DNA of 64,000 nt from Octopus sinensis. Lineage: Eukaryota. The first letter of the stretch is position 1. The number at the start of each line of letters is the position of its first letter. The position numbers and the translations under genes were made by a program. The notes under the pieces were generated by a model. It had not been told where the DNA came from, did no database searches, and saw only the letters and a list, made by a program, of their open reading frames with translations. The stretch is from assembly GCF_006345805.1 (NCBI RefSeq), contig NC_043004.1, positions 16,492,001 to 16,556,000 on the forward strand, read 5' to 3'. Positions 13,782 through 27,505 of this stretch are shown piece by piece.

Positions 13782-14148
13782 TGACCTGGGCGCCACTGCA
13801 TAGTGCCAAGGACATCAAATTTGCCATCAAAATGTAGGACAAGATACTGCGATAGCCTGGGCTTCAGAGGTCCACATCTCTTCAATATCGTCCCGAAGTA
13901 CCTGAGAGACCTGCATGGGGTGGATGCAGATGTCTTTAAAATAAAACTGGACCTCTTCCTGTCAGGTGTCCCAGATGAACCAACTTCACGGCAGGAGGTG
14001 CAGATGAGGGTAGCTGCATCCAACTCTCTCATGCACCAAATGTCAATTGCTAAAAAGCATTCGTGAAGTAAAATCATGTAGCAACACCGAATGGCGGTGC
14101 CCCAGCATGGCCACAGCTCGTGAGCTGAAACTAGATGAAATGAAATGA
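13782..14148 (+). mobile_element. 3' end of a CR1/L2-like LINE with intact tail
   Basis: Open frame ..FRGPHLFNIVPKYLRD..FKIKLDLFLSGVPDEP..ASNSLMHQ, then a short 3' UTR with hairpin CAGCTC-GT-GAGCTG and (TGAAA)n tail. Confidence 0.85.
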
Positions 14149-14151
14149 TAT

Positions 14152-14196
<45 letters not shown>

Positions 14197-14198
<2 letters not shown>

Positions 14199-14650
14199 CG
14201 GTAAGGCTAGGCCATAGTTGCCACAAGTCAGGACTAAATATCTGGGAAAAGCATTAAATGATGGTTCATAATTCAGTCATTGTTTGGGCGTCATAACCTA
14301 TTGTAGTAAATGGTTATTATTTGCTGTGATATATCCACGCGAATGTGGTATATCTGGAATTTGTTGAAGATATTTATTCAAGAACCGTTTGGAAGTTATT
14401 CGATCATTTTCTTCTCATATATCTTGGCATGATGTTATATAGAGCAGGGTGTGATCATGTGAAATAGTTCTGCATTAATGTTGCGAAATGATGGGAGCAT
14501 GGTGTTTTGCAGACGATGGATGATACGGTATCCAAGACTCGGATGAATATTAAAGTTGATGGCAACATCATTTGGTAATGCTGTTGGAATATTTTCCGTT
14601 TGATGCGAAAAATACAAATTTTATAATGCTCACGGTGGCGTTAAAAGAAA
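14197..14650 (-). mobile_element. Older CR1/L2-like LINE 3' end
   Basis: Minus strand gives HPSLGYR, PALYNIMPRYMR and KRFLNKYLQQIPDIP..ANNNHLLQ*, parallel to the motifs in 13782-14066. Confidence 0.7.
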
Positions 14651-15973
14651 TAAAGTTTGAGACTCTCGAGACAATCCCAGGCATGAAGGCATGTCAAGTC
14701 GTCTATTTTTCGTTTTTGTCTTTTTTGTGATTGATCTGTGGGATGCTACAACAGTATTCAAGAAGAGAGCGGCCGAAGATGGAGAAGAGAGTCTGACGTC
14801 TCGATACGAAACGTAGTAGCAAAAATCAGTGCTGGCCTATAATCTGTATAGAATTATCTCTAGAAACAACCTTAACAAAATAATGTAAAAGGCACTACTA
14901 ACGTAGTCAAAAGTGGTATCGACTTACGAAAACATTTAATATACTTTAGAGTATATTTTGTTTGCATAACGAAGTACCACCTACCTACAAATCATTAATA
15001 AGGTTTAGACCAGGAGAGTCCTGGTTTCTGACCAGGAGAGTCCTAAAGATCCGGGAGCACGCCCTACAAATCATCTTGACTTTCCTGTTTATGTAGGCTA
15101 TCCAGCTTAAACCGCTCTTAGAATGTATGTATATGGATGGATAGAGGAACTAATGTAGATAGGTACGGAAATATATAATGAGAAGTTTGCATTTATTTGA
15201 CACGATCAATATTATTGGACGTGTAATAAATGAACATGCCTGTATAAACAAGGTGACCGCCTTAACGTTACTATTATGTCTACTCTTGAGGATAAAATTG
15301 CAAATGTAGTTTCAATATATAAACTGTTAATTTCGATGGCGAAAATACACTGAAATATAAGATGCCAAGATCTCGCCACTTACATGAGACTCTAGTGCAA
15401 GGCAGGAGGAAAGACGAAACTAAGAAAGCGGCTAGAGTATATTCACTGTACCTGTATATACTCCGTATTCTGAACGTACAAAATCTAGGAAACAACATAG
15501 TCATTAAAATGTCGACACTAAATATCGCCACAAAATGGTCCGCAACATGTCGCCACAAAATGTCCACTCTCTGGTAGTTATCACAAGAAACTGAATAGTG
15601 ACTTCGCTTTCAAAAGATAGAACTTAAATAGAAATTTCTGAGGACAAACTATTTGCTCTATCAGTGTCGATATGTAGAAGCTTGAAATCGATGCGTTACA
15701 AACAAGCATAAAAGAGCAAGGTGACAAACGATTACAAGAATGTTGAATTATTTATTCTTTTAACAAAAATGAGAACCTTAATAGCATACGTATATACATT
15801 ATAATTCAATACATATAAGATAAGAATACAATTATAAAAATCATAATATAAATTATTGAAATCATTAAAATCACTCCTTACAGCTGTTTCAGCCTATGGA
15901 TAAAAGTAGTTTTTTTCCAGTTCCTATAGTTGTCAATTATATTGAGGTTGTAGGCATTTAAAAATACGGTACT

Positions 15974-16004
<31 letters not shown>

Positions 16005-16559
16005 TATATATATATGTGTGTGTGTGTATCGTATTAACATGCTTAGCATCATGCTATGGATAGTGAAGCACCTATTACGCTAATTGTCTCTTTATTCATA
16101 GAATGTGATTTTGGTTTGATTGATAATTCACGCATTCAATTCTTTCTTATTAATAAGCAACGGCATCTTCATATACTAGAGTATAATGTACCTGGCTAAT
16201 GGCATATCTTAGTACGGATATATATAATTTCTGCAATAATAGAGTGTAATATTACTTTTTTTCTTTTATTATGCAATGGAGTTCTTGCGTTTCAATGGTT
16301 GTCACTTATTTATATAGCTCGTGATGGAAGTTTCCACAGAGCTAACATCTATCATGAAAGCAATTTAATAACGTTATAAACATAACCGAGAACACACTCG
16401 AGGTGTTTGATACGATGATCGAAATTAAAGAACATGGAGCCGGTTATCATATAGAATATTATTCCTAAGTCATTTATAAATATTAACTCTTATTTCATTT
16501 ATTATTACTTACCTGATGATTCTAATAATCACAACTTCTATCATAATTTGTTTGTAAAT

Positions 16560-16680
16560 TTTGTGGGGAGGGGCCAGACGATCACATCGACCCCGGTGCT
16601 CAATTGGTACTTATTTTATCGACCCCGAAACATTGAAAGTCGAAGTCGACGTCAGCGACATTTGAACCCAAAATGTAAAA
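16560..16680 (-). mobile_element. SINE family B fragment
   Basis: ATCGACCCCGGTGCTCAATTGGTACTTATTTTATCGACCCCGAAA matches the reverse complement of the family B core. Confidence 0.8.
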
Positions 16681-16939
16681 CAGGAATCATCAGTTACATT
16701 ATATACACACATATATGACCGCATGTATGCACGTATGTATGCAAAGAAATACGCTTCTGTTAATGGAATTAAGATAACATCAACTTCTATAGTTTAATCT
16801 TTAAAGAATCTTGCCTATTTTCACTAATTCCTCTCGTATTTTGTCTCTATAAAGTACGTGTTAGTCGGTTCTTCCTTTACTGAAAATTCCAGTCTATTTC
16901 AAGATGTCACTTAGACATTTCCTAATATAACGATATGGA

Positions 16940-17260
16940 CAAATAATTACTGCTATGAGTATACATTTATAATCAAGGTGTCCATATTGATTTCAATGAT
17001 TTTTACATCTGCTTCTTGTGGTTTTTTTGTCCCGGGTAACTTTTCTCATGGGAATGTTGTTATTTGTGCTTTCAATGGCAGAGGTCGTGTTTATGCTTAT
17101 CCGAGGAATTGTTTTATCTTTTTAGTTTCTGCGTTGAGTACTGTATTTTTTTCTTCGGTTAGCAGTGTATCTTGTTTTAGCAACAACATCTTGTCGCAGT
17201 AGAAGATATTGCGTCAGTAACATTTTCAACAGTCACTGATAACTTGTTATGCCCTTCACA
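16940..17260 (-). pseudogene. Possible highly decayed LINE endonuclease N-terminus
   Basis: A-rich minus strand with LLLKQDTLL and MDTLIINVYS segments resembling endonuclease QETxL and IINVYAP motifs; weak. Confidence 0.35.
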
Positions 17261-17449
17261 TAAGAGTGACATCTTCGACATTTAAGTATGCAACTTGGGA
17301 GTTTAAGGGTTAATCTGTCACGTTTGTTCATTAAATATTTCCTGCACTTGGATTATAGAAGCGTACCCTTGGAGATTTCAAGTGACGTAAAAGCCATGAG
17401 TGCATGAGAGATTAGTTTTCATGTTTTATAGGCAGTGATCTTGCAGTAT

Positions 17450-17625
17450 CGTGAATACGCCGGGCAAAATGCATAGCGGCATTTCATCTATCTTTACGTT
17501 CTGAGTTCAAATTCCGCTGAGGTCATGTTTGTCTTTCATCCTTTCGGGGTCGATAAAATAAGTACCGGCTCAAGACTTAGGTTGATGTAGTCCTCCGCCA
17601 ACACTGCTGGTGTTGTGTCGAAATT
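17450..17625 (+). mobile_element. SINE family B copy
   Basis: CTGAGTTCAAATTCCGCTGAGG..TTTCATCCTTTCGGGGTCGATAAAATAAGTACC. Confidence 0.85.
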
Positions 17626-18246
17626 ATCATACCGCTCACCTTTACGGGATATATGCCCACGTATAACAATTTCCTGTTATGCAAAAAGGGGATATTTCAA
17701 GCAATTGATGAAGTGTACAAGTCCGGCATTGCTAGTTTTACATGAGAGTTCATCAGAAAGTGCATGCATCTGTAGGGATGTACAGATCTGCATACGTATA
17801 CATGTGTACATACATACGCATATATACACACACATACACACACACACATACACAAATCGTTGTTATTAAACAAATGTGTCGTAATTCCAAAACGTGTTTT
17901 CGGAAAACCCAAAAAATACTTTCACCATTCCATTTCTTTTTACATTAGCAACAGTTTCATCTTAACAATAATACTTTGTTGGGTACATAAAATCGTAAAT
18001 CTATGCATGTATATTTTCAGTCAGAAATATTTTTATAAAACTGTCGTATTTGGGATTTATGATGACACTTTTCAAAGATGCTAAACCGTTGTACTACACT
18101 TTGACAACTTTCCTATCTTGCCACCTGAAATAGCTGGGTATACGCTAGTTTGACCAAAAGAACCGGCCATTGCCAGCAAAATTAAATATTGAAGAATAAA
18201 ACACATTTGGGCAAATGAGGACATACGAGAGTTTAACATAACAACG

Positions 18247-18453
<207 letters not shown>

Positions 18454-19042
18454 ACAGAAATACAGATATATATACACTTATATGGAGACAACGCAAAATA
18501 CATACTTAGATTAACAGACAGACAGACGTGTGGATACATATATTTAGATAGACAGATACATAGATATACAGCGAGAGAGAGGGAGGGAGAGAGAGAGAGA
18601 TAATCAAGTACATACACAGAATCACACATTGTTTCCTAGTGGCATACAATCAAAAACAGTGGATAGCAAGACGGAAAAAGAGAGAGTGAGAGATAATGAA
18701 TGAGAAAGAGATTGATATACGAAAGACGTGTCTTGTCATTTAAGAACCCTGCAACATTTTCAAAATATATCATTCAACAATAATTAATGTTTTCTTTTAG
18801 TGTTCCGGTGGACTTAAGTGACACATTAATCTAAAGCGTACTACGGATACATCAAGAATTTACGAGTAATCTAATTTGAATATACTACCGAGCATTGCTA
18901 GGAACCAATGAACTAACACTTTTACTTGGCATGATAATATGAGACGAGAAATGCTGAACCAGTTTCGATTGAGACTGTTGTATTATGTTCGAATGTTTAC
19001 CAGTCGTGTAATGCATTTGAATGCATTACAGATTGATAGATG

Positions 19043-19120
<78 letters not shown>

Positions 19121-19240
19121 AGTTAATATTAAAGTGTTGAGTATGTTCATAGTAGTACACCGACAAGAGCAATAAAGTTTTCCGTGTATTCCATTTTCCG
19201 TCTCTATCATTTGTTTTATATAAATACATACATACATACA

Positions 19241-19272
<32 letters not shown>

Positions 19273-19729
19273 CAAGCACACCCATGTAGATATATATATA
19301 TATATGTAATATTATTCTTGAATATAAAGTAATTTCAATTTTACAGTTGATATTATTTATTTGATAGTTTATGCATTGTAGTTTAGAAACAAAAGCAATA
19401 ATAGGTGTCATTCTTCCTGTGTTGAAAGCTAAGTGCTGTGCAATTACTGAGCTCAATTTAACCGACTTTACAATCATATTCTCATCCATTTCAACCTTGA
19501 ACATCTTAAAATCTATATACTTATTATCTTCAATAGCCTTATTTGTATTGCGTTCCTTCATTGAACAACACAGCGCTTTTATGTGTATGTGTATGTGCAG
19601 TGTTTTGTCGGCGAATGCATGTGTGCGTATGTGAGTAAATGTGTGTGTTGTTTGTAGTCAACGTATTCCATGCAATATGTGATATGTGCAGCTTTATATA
19701 TTTTTTTTTTCTGAGTGATATATATATAA

Positions 19730-20300
19730 TATCGTAGTTGGCTTTCCTTCGTAGATCGACGTTGATTGTTCATGTTCAGTAATGATCTCTGGCAAGCTTG
19801 CATGTGCACTATAAGACCTGCTATTGATCTGCAGCATAGATGACATCTCATGTAGGTAAAGCTACTTGATGCAACGGAGAGGTGTCGCCTCCATGTGTTC
19901 TTTTGTATTCTCTCTGTTGTTTCTCCTGAGTAGCTGGAATTACGAGTTTCAGCGAATGGTGCCATTCATCACGTTGCAGAGCCTTCTCCTCCTGGGTGTC
20001 TGTGGAGCCGCAAGAGTTCTTCATATGTCTCTTCAGAATATCCCTGTACCGCTCCACAGGCAGCAAGGGCTCCGCCAGCCCTGACGTAGTTCAGCGAGAC
20101 TGTCACACTCCTTCCTGCAAATATGACCCACCAAGCACAGCTGTGAAGAGATAATGGGTGCTTCCAAATTAACTTTGCAGTGACTAGGCTAGAGCGACAG
20201 AATGTTACGAAGTTGATATCATTTATGGAAAAGCAGGGAGTGATGACTGGCAGCACGAGAGAAAAACTGTCTTGACTGGATGATCTGTACTACGCATTTC
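19730..20300 (-). pseudogene. RTE-clade LINE 3' end, decayed
   Basis: Minus strand gives GHICRK, RYRDILKRHMK, EEKALQRDEW and CHLCCRSIAGLIVHMQAC, the terminal C2HC-like motif of RTE elements. Confidence 0.8.
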
Positions 20301-20400
20301 ACATCAATATATGGTGACGCCTTGACAAATATCTACAAAAATTTGTAGGTGTAGCCTAAAAGCCCCCTTATGTGAGAAAGTATCCAAACAAGAATGGACA

Positions 20401-20560
20401 TATAGGTGCAGGAGTGGCTGTGTGATAAGTAGCTTGCTTACCAACCACATGGTTCCGGGCTCAGTCCCACTGCGTGGCACCTTGGGCAAGTGTCTTCTAC
20501 TATAGCCTCGAGCTGTCGAAAACCTTGTGAATGGATTTCGAAACTGAAAGAAACCCGTCG

Positions 20561-20598
<38 letters not shown>

Positions 20599-20880
20599 GT
20601 GTGTGTGTGTGTGTGTCTGTGTGTCTGTGTATGTTTGTGTGTGTGTGTGTGCATATGTCTGTGTGTCTGTGTTTGTCCCCCCCCTCCAACAACGCTTAAC
20701 AACCGATGCTGGTTGGTGTTTTTACGTCCTCGTAACTTAGCGGTTCGGCAATAGACACTGATAGAATAAGTACTAAACCTAGAAAGTTTAAGTCGTGGGG
20801 TCGATTTGGTCGACTAAAGGCGGTGCGCCAGCATGGCCACAGTCACATGGCTGAAACAAATAAAAGAGAGTAAAGAATAA
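20401..20880 (+). mobile_element. SINE family A, full-length copy with expanded internal (TA)n(TG)n
   Basis: Head, body and tail are colinear with the 9198 copy. Confidence 0.92.
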
Positions 20881-21052
20881 AGATACTTTGCAAAGTCGGA
20901 TTATATTTCAGAAAAAATTGAGAATATTCTTAATTTCTTTTCTATAATAAATTCTACACTTATACATTATATGGATAGCAATTTTTCATAATTTCAGCTT
21001 TTTGGTAAGGCGGTGAATTATATTGTCGAGTCTCCTTAGTATTTGTATTACA

Positions 21053-21255
21053 TAAGGCGGCGAGCTTCCAGTTGTGTTAGCGCAACGGACAAAAATCTTA
21101 GCAGAACTTATTTCGGCTCCTCGCGGCATGAGTTCACATTCTGCCAAGGTCGACTTAACCTTCCATTATTTCAGAACTGATAAAATAAAGTAGCGGTCGA
21201 ACATTAGAATCGATCTAATCGTCTATTCTCTCTTCTCTAAAATTACTGACCTTAA
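21053..21255 (+). mobile_element. SINE family B copy (diverged)
   Basis: AAGGCGGCGAGCTT..GAGTTCACATTCTGCCAAGGTCGACTT..GATAAAATAAAGTAGC. Confidence 0.75.
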
Positions 21256-21692
21256 AAGAATTATTATGATTATTCCATCACTTGCTGGAAAATTTATATA
21301 ATACCCACTACGCTCCGAAATATTATGGTATAGCATAACTTTTACCTTTCAGTATATGTCGAATATAACTCCAATTTGTCAAGCTCTTATGAATAACTCT
21401 GGTTGAATTTAATTTCTCCACTAGTGACATCATTAATACTTAACAAATCATACCAGTTGGTGAGCATTCAGTTAAGACATTAGTTTTACGTTCATAAAAG
21501 CGGGAATAGCATAATTAAGTTGTTAAAATTACACACGTTTACATAGAGTGAAAATGATGCTTTTAGTACAGCTAAGAATTCGTGATGTGCTTAGAAGATG
21601 ACTACGGCCATAGAATAACGATATTCACTTCGTTATTCTTGCTTTGTGATATTTTGCAACTGGTATAAATGATGCTACAGCGATTGTAGAAT

Positions 21693-21780
21693 TTAAATGC
21701 CCTCAGAGTGTATTCGCTTTGGCAATAAAAGAATCCTTAAATGTTTGACTTCCATAGCAAAATTTATAATCTGATTTAAC
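21693..21780 (-). CDS. Candidate terminal coding exon, paralog A (unknown protein)
   Basis: Acceptor TTGCATTTTCCAATTTACAG|G, then xLNQIINFAMEVKHLRILLLPKRIHSEGI*. Same length, phase and stop position as paralog B at 28939-29026. Confidence 0.6.
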
Positions 21781-22604
21781 CTGTAAATTGGAAAATGCAA
21801 ATAAGATTCAGAATGTCACATTAATTGCTGACCTGAAATCTATGTATTTATATCACACAGTTTTTTCTTTAATTTATTCTAGTAAATTGCTATAAATATC
21901 TACAAATACAATTTCTGAAAATCAATATCGCAAAATATTGACATATTACTGTGTATTTAATTCCATGATATTAAACTAAAAAATATATTTTCAAGAAGAA
22001 TATTTATCTGAAGATCAGCTGACGGAGATGGAGATATGAAGAGAGAAAAATAGTATTTCTACAGTTCATGAAATATAAAGCCTTCTACATTACTTCTTTC
22101 TCTTCTATGATGCGCTGAATACATAATGAGCAAGTTTGATGAAATCTAATATTATTAAAAGAATATTGTGCATGTATGTGTGTGAGACTGTGTGTAGAAT
22201 TTTTTATTTTCATTATAAACAGTTGAAATTGAGGTTGATATTACCAGCACATTTCTGTTGAAGGAGCATGCAATTGTGAAATGGAATTGCAATATGTAAT
22301 GTCCACAATCTACCAGCTAAATCCATATTGTTTGATTTTTTCCTGTTGTACATTATATGGTAGGAAATATTGGCTGCTACACTTTTGTTTCAATCCCCGC
22401 ACTGCATTCTGTGCAAATGCTACTATATTTCAGCTATCATCTGTTTCAAAATACAGATATATATATAAGAATATGCAATTACATTTGTCCCTCCTCATCT
22501 ACATCTCCCTCACACACTCTCACTTTCTTTTCCATACATTATCTTTCAGTCTGTCTCTTCTCTATTCCCTCACTCTCTTGCTATTTCCATCTCCCCCACC
22601 CCCA

Positions 22605-22643
<39 letters not shown>

Positions 22644-22674
22644 TATTCTTTTATATTTTACGTTTTATTCATTT

Positions 22675-22810
22675 TCAGCGCCCATGCTCGAACACCTCCT
22701 TAAAAAGTTTTAGTAGCAGACGTTGACGCAGGACTAATTCATTGTAAGGCTAATGCTCATTCTATCAGAGTTTCTTGCCGAACCGCTAAGTTACGGGAAC
22801 ATAAACACAT
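22675..22810 (-). mobile_element. SINE family A 3' fragment
   Basis: TTGCCGAACCGCTAAGTTACGGG matches the family A body in reverse complement. Confidence 0.75.
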
Positions 22811-23077
22811 GTGGACCTTGAACCCACATGAGTAAACAAGAGAGACAGAGAAAGGCAGAAACAAGGAAATGCCACTTATATTTGGACACTATACGAATAT
22901 TCTTTAAAAAAAACTTTTCTTTTAATATTTCTAAATTTAAACATTTAATTGTTACTGTTGAAAAGGTCTCAAATGACCAAAACCGGTACTGAAATGTTCT
23001 ATATAAAATTATTTTAACATTTTTTATCTTGAATTGTTTTTTCATATATATCAACTCGTGTGTCCCTTTTCATCCTT

Positions 23078-23138
<61 letters not shown>

Positions 23139-23177
23139 CATATACGCACACACATTGATAAGCGTTGCGTATGTACG

Positions 23178-23220
<43 letters not shown>

Positions 23221-23681
23221 GTAAATATAGAAATATGCTATTGACAATCCAATAATTTATTTATATTACAATATTACGTGAAATACAATGAATATAATAT
23301 TATACAACATAAATAACTATAAAAACTATAAAAAGGATTTCGTCTTTTTATAAACCATTACCCTGAAGTGACTTTATTTATAAGGAAACTGTGATTATGT
23401 ATATCAGGAAAATATATATATGAGTGGAAGCAATTTGTTGAACTTTTATGGTTTTTATATATATTTATGCTATATAATGTTATGCTATATCATATTATAT
23501 TCATAGTATTTAATGTAATATTGTAATATAAATAAATTATTGGATTGTCAATAGTATATCTCTATATTTAATGTATCTTTATAATTGAATTATGCCAATA
23601 TTTATATGGTATCCAACTGACATATCAGGGAATTGGATGCTAAACACACCCCTTTGATGGATTTCTTTTCCTCGGTTTGTT

Positions 23682-23735
<54 letters not shown>

Positions 23736-24049
23736 CATACAAACATGCATACATTTATATTATATGTGTATATAAGTTTTACATCTTTAATCTTTTATGG
23801 GATTTATCTAGTGATCTTCAGGATATCTTGTCCATCAAATATATAATCACTTTCCAAAGACAAAGGATTGAATTTTAATTCAGCTGTATGCAATACTCAT
23901 CTGAGTGAATATTATGTGCCTATTCGATGTGCCATACAGAAGTAGTTGTCTTTCACGTGTAAGCTGTTTTCCGACATAATTTTTGTTATTTCTTAAGACT
24001 AAGAACTTGTTCGTGAAATTAAGAGACACACGTACACTTCACGTAGTTC

Positions 24050-24232
24050 TCAGAAAAATTCAGTGTGTCACAGAATGAAACAAGGCTGGCCCTTTCACTT
24101 GCCAGCTGAGTGGACTGGAAGGAAGAACGTGAAATAAAGTGTCTTGCTCAAGGACACAAGCACCGCGGAGAATCGAACTCATGACCTTACGATCATGAGT
24201 CGATATCCCTAGCCACTAAGCAATTCACCTTC
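24050..24232 (-). mobile_element. SINE family C (CORE-like) 5' part
   Basis: Reverse complement has a tRNA-like head (GCTTAGTGG..GAGTTCGATTC) and TGTGTCCTTGAGCAAGACACTTTATTTCAC, which resembles the CORE-SINE domain. Confidence 0.8.
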
Positions 24233-27200
24233 TATAAGTATAAAATAACTGGATAGAATTCCTTTCTTCCACCTTATTTATGGCTTCAGTATAGACTCAA
24301 TTTCACTGATGTCTCGGACGTCATACTATTTTGTCGAATACACATTTCTTCATCGAAAATGTGAGCATAAATTGAAATTTATTTTATAAGCAATGTATTG
24401 TGAGAATATAATTTGCTAACTAAAATGTTGGGAATCAAAAAGGTTTTTGCCAGTGTATTAGATCAAATTTATAGGAAATAAACTGTGTTCAAAACTCGAG
24501 TTGAGCGCGTGGCCTATGTTACGTAGAAATTTCTTTGTGAAGATGACTCGGCTGGTAAAAACAAACTGTTAGCAGAACACTATAACTTACATTACGAAAT
24601 AACTGTCACTTCCATCTAAAAGGATATGAAAGTCACTTAATTTTATGATTCTTGCGGTATAAAAAAAGATTAATAGTCATGTGTATTTTAAACCTAGTGA
24701 CAATAGAGGTTATCAGTTACAGAAGGGTCCTAGCTCGTAATAGAGTGAACGTATTCCTTTTACTTGGCGTTCAAGGTCGATTGAATCCATGAGAGTTCGG
24801 AATTCATTGTTGCAATGAAAAGGTAAAACAAACTGAAAACGTGATGCGAATAAAATATTTCATTTAACATTGCTATTAGAGCCTCGTATTCTCAATACCA
24901 TACGTTCAACGAAATGTTTTTCCTTATGCACATACGCCTGCACACAATAACGCGCATATATACATATGTATGCGTAGGTGCGTACTTGTGTACGTATGGA
25001 TATATGTGTTTGTACGTGTGTATTTGTATGTGCGTGCGTGGACGTTTTTATGCTTCAAGAGAACATCATTATCTTATGGTTAATAACTTTCTCACTTCTT
25101 CATGTTCCCAAACAAAATCCTATCGACATTTTCATATACAACTTAAATGTAGAGGGTTTTCTATGTTATCATTCTTATTCACGCGCTATACGCTTAATAT
25201 TAATCTGACACCTCACTAAATATGTTAACTTCTCTAACCAAACAAATAGAGTTTCCAGCCTATTGCAGGCTTTCCGCCTCAGTGGTGAATGGAAACGCGG
25301 CGAAAGCCGATATTCATGTTCTGAAAAGAAATGTATATGTTTGTATTAACGTTTGATGTACCGATGCGCTATATGTATCTTCCTTGTACATCAGATAAAT
25401 TCATAATTCCCAATACGAAGCTTGTCACAGTTTCAGGTAGTTAGTTACACTAACCAGAAATTCTTAATGTGCACAAGCAACATATACAGGAATAAATAAC
25501 AAATCCAGAACACTTGAAACGAAATCCATCTTTACAGATACAAAAATAAACTAGGTGGTAGATGAATGAATTAATTACTCAACTGGGAATGGAGAGCCGT
25601 ATTCATTAATGACAGATGAAAATAAAATTTATCTCAAGATAATATTTTATAGCAGTAACTGCTATTTCTATCAAATATGTAGCAGGAGAGAGTCTTGGAT
25701 TGAAGGGAAATCAGTAAATCGAATAAAATAGGCGTACAGAAAAGACATCGTATACAATGTGTGTTGCAGTTAGAGTAGCCTTTAAACATATCCTCGAGGT
25801 GAAACACTATGGCTATGATGTTCGAGATCAGGCATATAATCTGATGAACGTAGTGAATGCCATTAGATGGTCCTGATTGATAAAGAGGAGCGCATTGACC
25901 AAGCTTTCATTTGTGATTCTTTCGCTTCTCATACTCACCCACAAAAGGTTTTCTGTTGTTGCTGATGCTGCAATAACTATTAGTTTATCTTTAACAATGT
26001 CTTGACAGAGTCGGTTCATGTTGTAACCGAACATTTTATTTTGGTTTGTTTTCAAAGAATAGTTAATGTTTTTCATATCGACGTAGTCTTTGTAATTCAA
26101 CGAGACTCGTGTTTTAGGAAATCTTTGATTTCAGATACCCTTTTTTTATGTATATTTTTGCAGAATACTCCTTTCTTAGCTGTGTTGTTTCGTTCGTGAT
26201 TTCGTAATGCATTTGGTAATTGTTATCCTTACATTCCTGATTGAATGTATATGATAGAGTATTCAGTTTTCTTTCTAACCACAGAGACTGCCCATTATTA
26301 TTTATTTAGCCCGGTAATCTTGATGTTCATAAGTTTTCATTCATTCCAAGGTAGGCATATTTACCTGTTATTGTTGTTGTTATTCAGTCAGTGAGTTTTA
26401 TATTTGGAAGGTACATTCGTTGGTCTCCAGGAAACTTTCCTATCGTTCTTAATGTAGCGTGCTTTCCACATTTAGAATGATCTACGTTAGATTTTCCACA
26501 TATTCTAATTTATTCGTATTTTCTTTATGCATTTTAGGTTTACTTTCTCTCTGAGTTTGGTTATTGCACAGTTCTAATGGTTTAGTTGCATACGTTGATT
26601 CTATTTTTATGGTTTACATTCTATTTTTGTTCAGTTTTCTGAACGTTACTTGCGCTCCCTCTGTACACTCTTTCAAATGTTCGACTGCGAGATCCGATGT
26701 GTTTTTATTTTGATATGTCTTCATATGTTAACTAGCTTGTTGGATTTCTGCAATATTTCTATGTCAGGGCTATTTTCCCTTTAAATTTTATACAAATATA
26801 TTTTTATCTTTAACTTAGGTGTTTCACTTATTGGACTGCGGCCATGAACCACTCCCAGTACGTTTTTTAAAGCATGAGTTTTGTTCTATCGATCTCTTTT
26901 GCCGAACCGCAAATACGACACAAGAATGTAAACTCATGGATACAGATAACATCTGCAATACATCATTTATGTGGCAGAATCACAAATGCACTTATTTTCA
27001 TGCTTTTATGTGCTTATCATACCCGTTATTATCCAATGATTTTAGGAGACTCTTTGCATGTCAAATGTCCCTACCGTGTTCCCTGTAAGATATCTCCGAG
27101 TTATATAATTATAATAATCAATATCTATCCACATCATCATCATCAACGTCAGAAGTAGTAGCAGTAGTAGCAGCAGCATTACTATTATCATAATCATTAA

Positions 27201-27505
27201 TGCATTATGCATTATATCATGCGTCAATAAGTAATATTCCGTTTCATTCGATATAATCATAAAGACAACAAAATGATTAAATAAAAGTAACACAAAATTG
27301 AAATATAAGAAATACTAGAGCAAATACATATGTTATCTGTTTATTTATACAACAAACAATGGACGGTGAGTTTAGACACGTTATTTATCTAGTGAATGTA
27401 GTGAATTTAATATTTCCCTACATGTGACGCCTGTGAGAACCTCGGTATAATAAATTGAGTTTAATCAACAATAGACTTTACGTTCGGTGGATCACCAACG
27501 CTACT

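Noticed and set aside
14788-14820. CCGAAGA..CGAAACG resembling a Penelope hammerhead
   Set aside because: The core is mutated, stem II does not close, and there is no stem III.
24591-24615. 25-nt minus-strand micro-exon with strong sites, and similar ones at about 31250, 38906 and 46150
   Set aside because: Such site pairs are frequent in AT-rich DNA, and none has a counterpart in the duplicated unit.
25268-25308. GC-rich hairpin GGCTTTC..GAAAGCC as SECIS or ribozyme
   Set aside because: It lacks the AUGA/GA quartet geometry and the CUGANGA core, and it overlaps an exon candidate.
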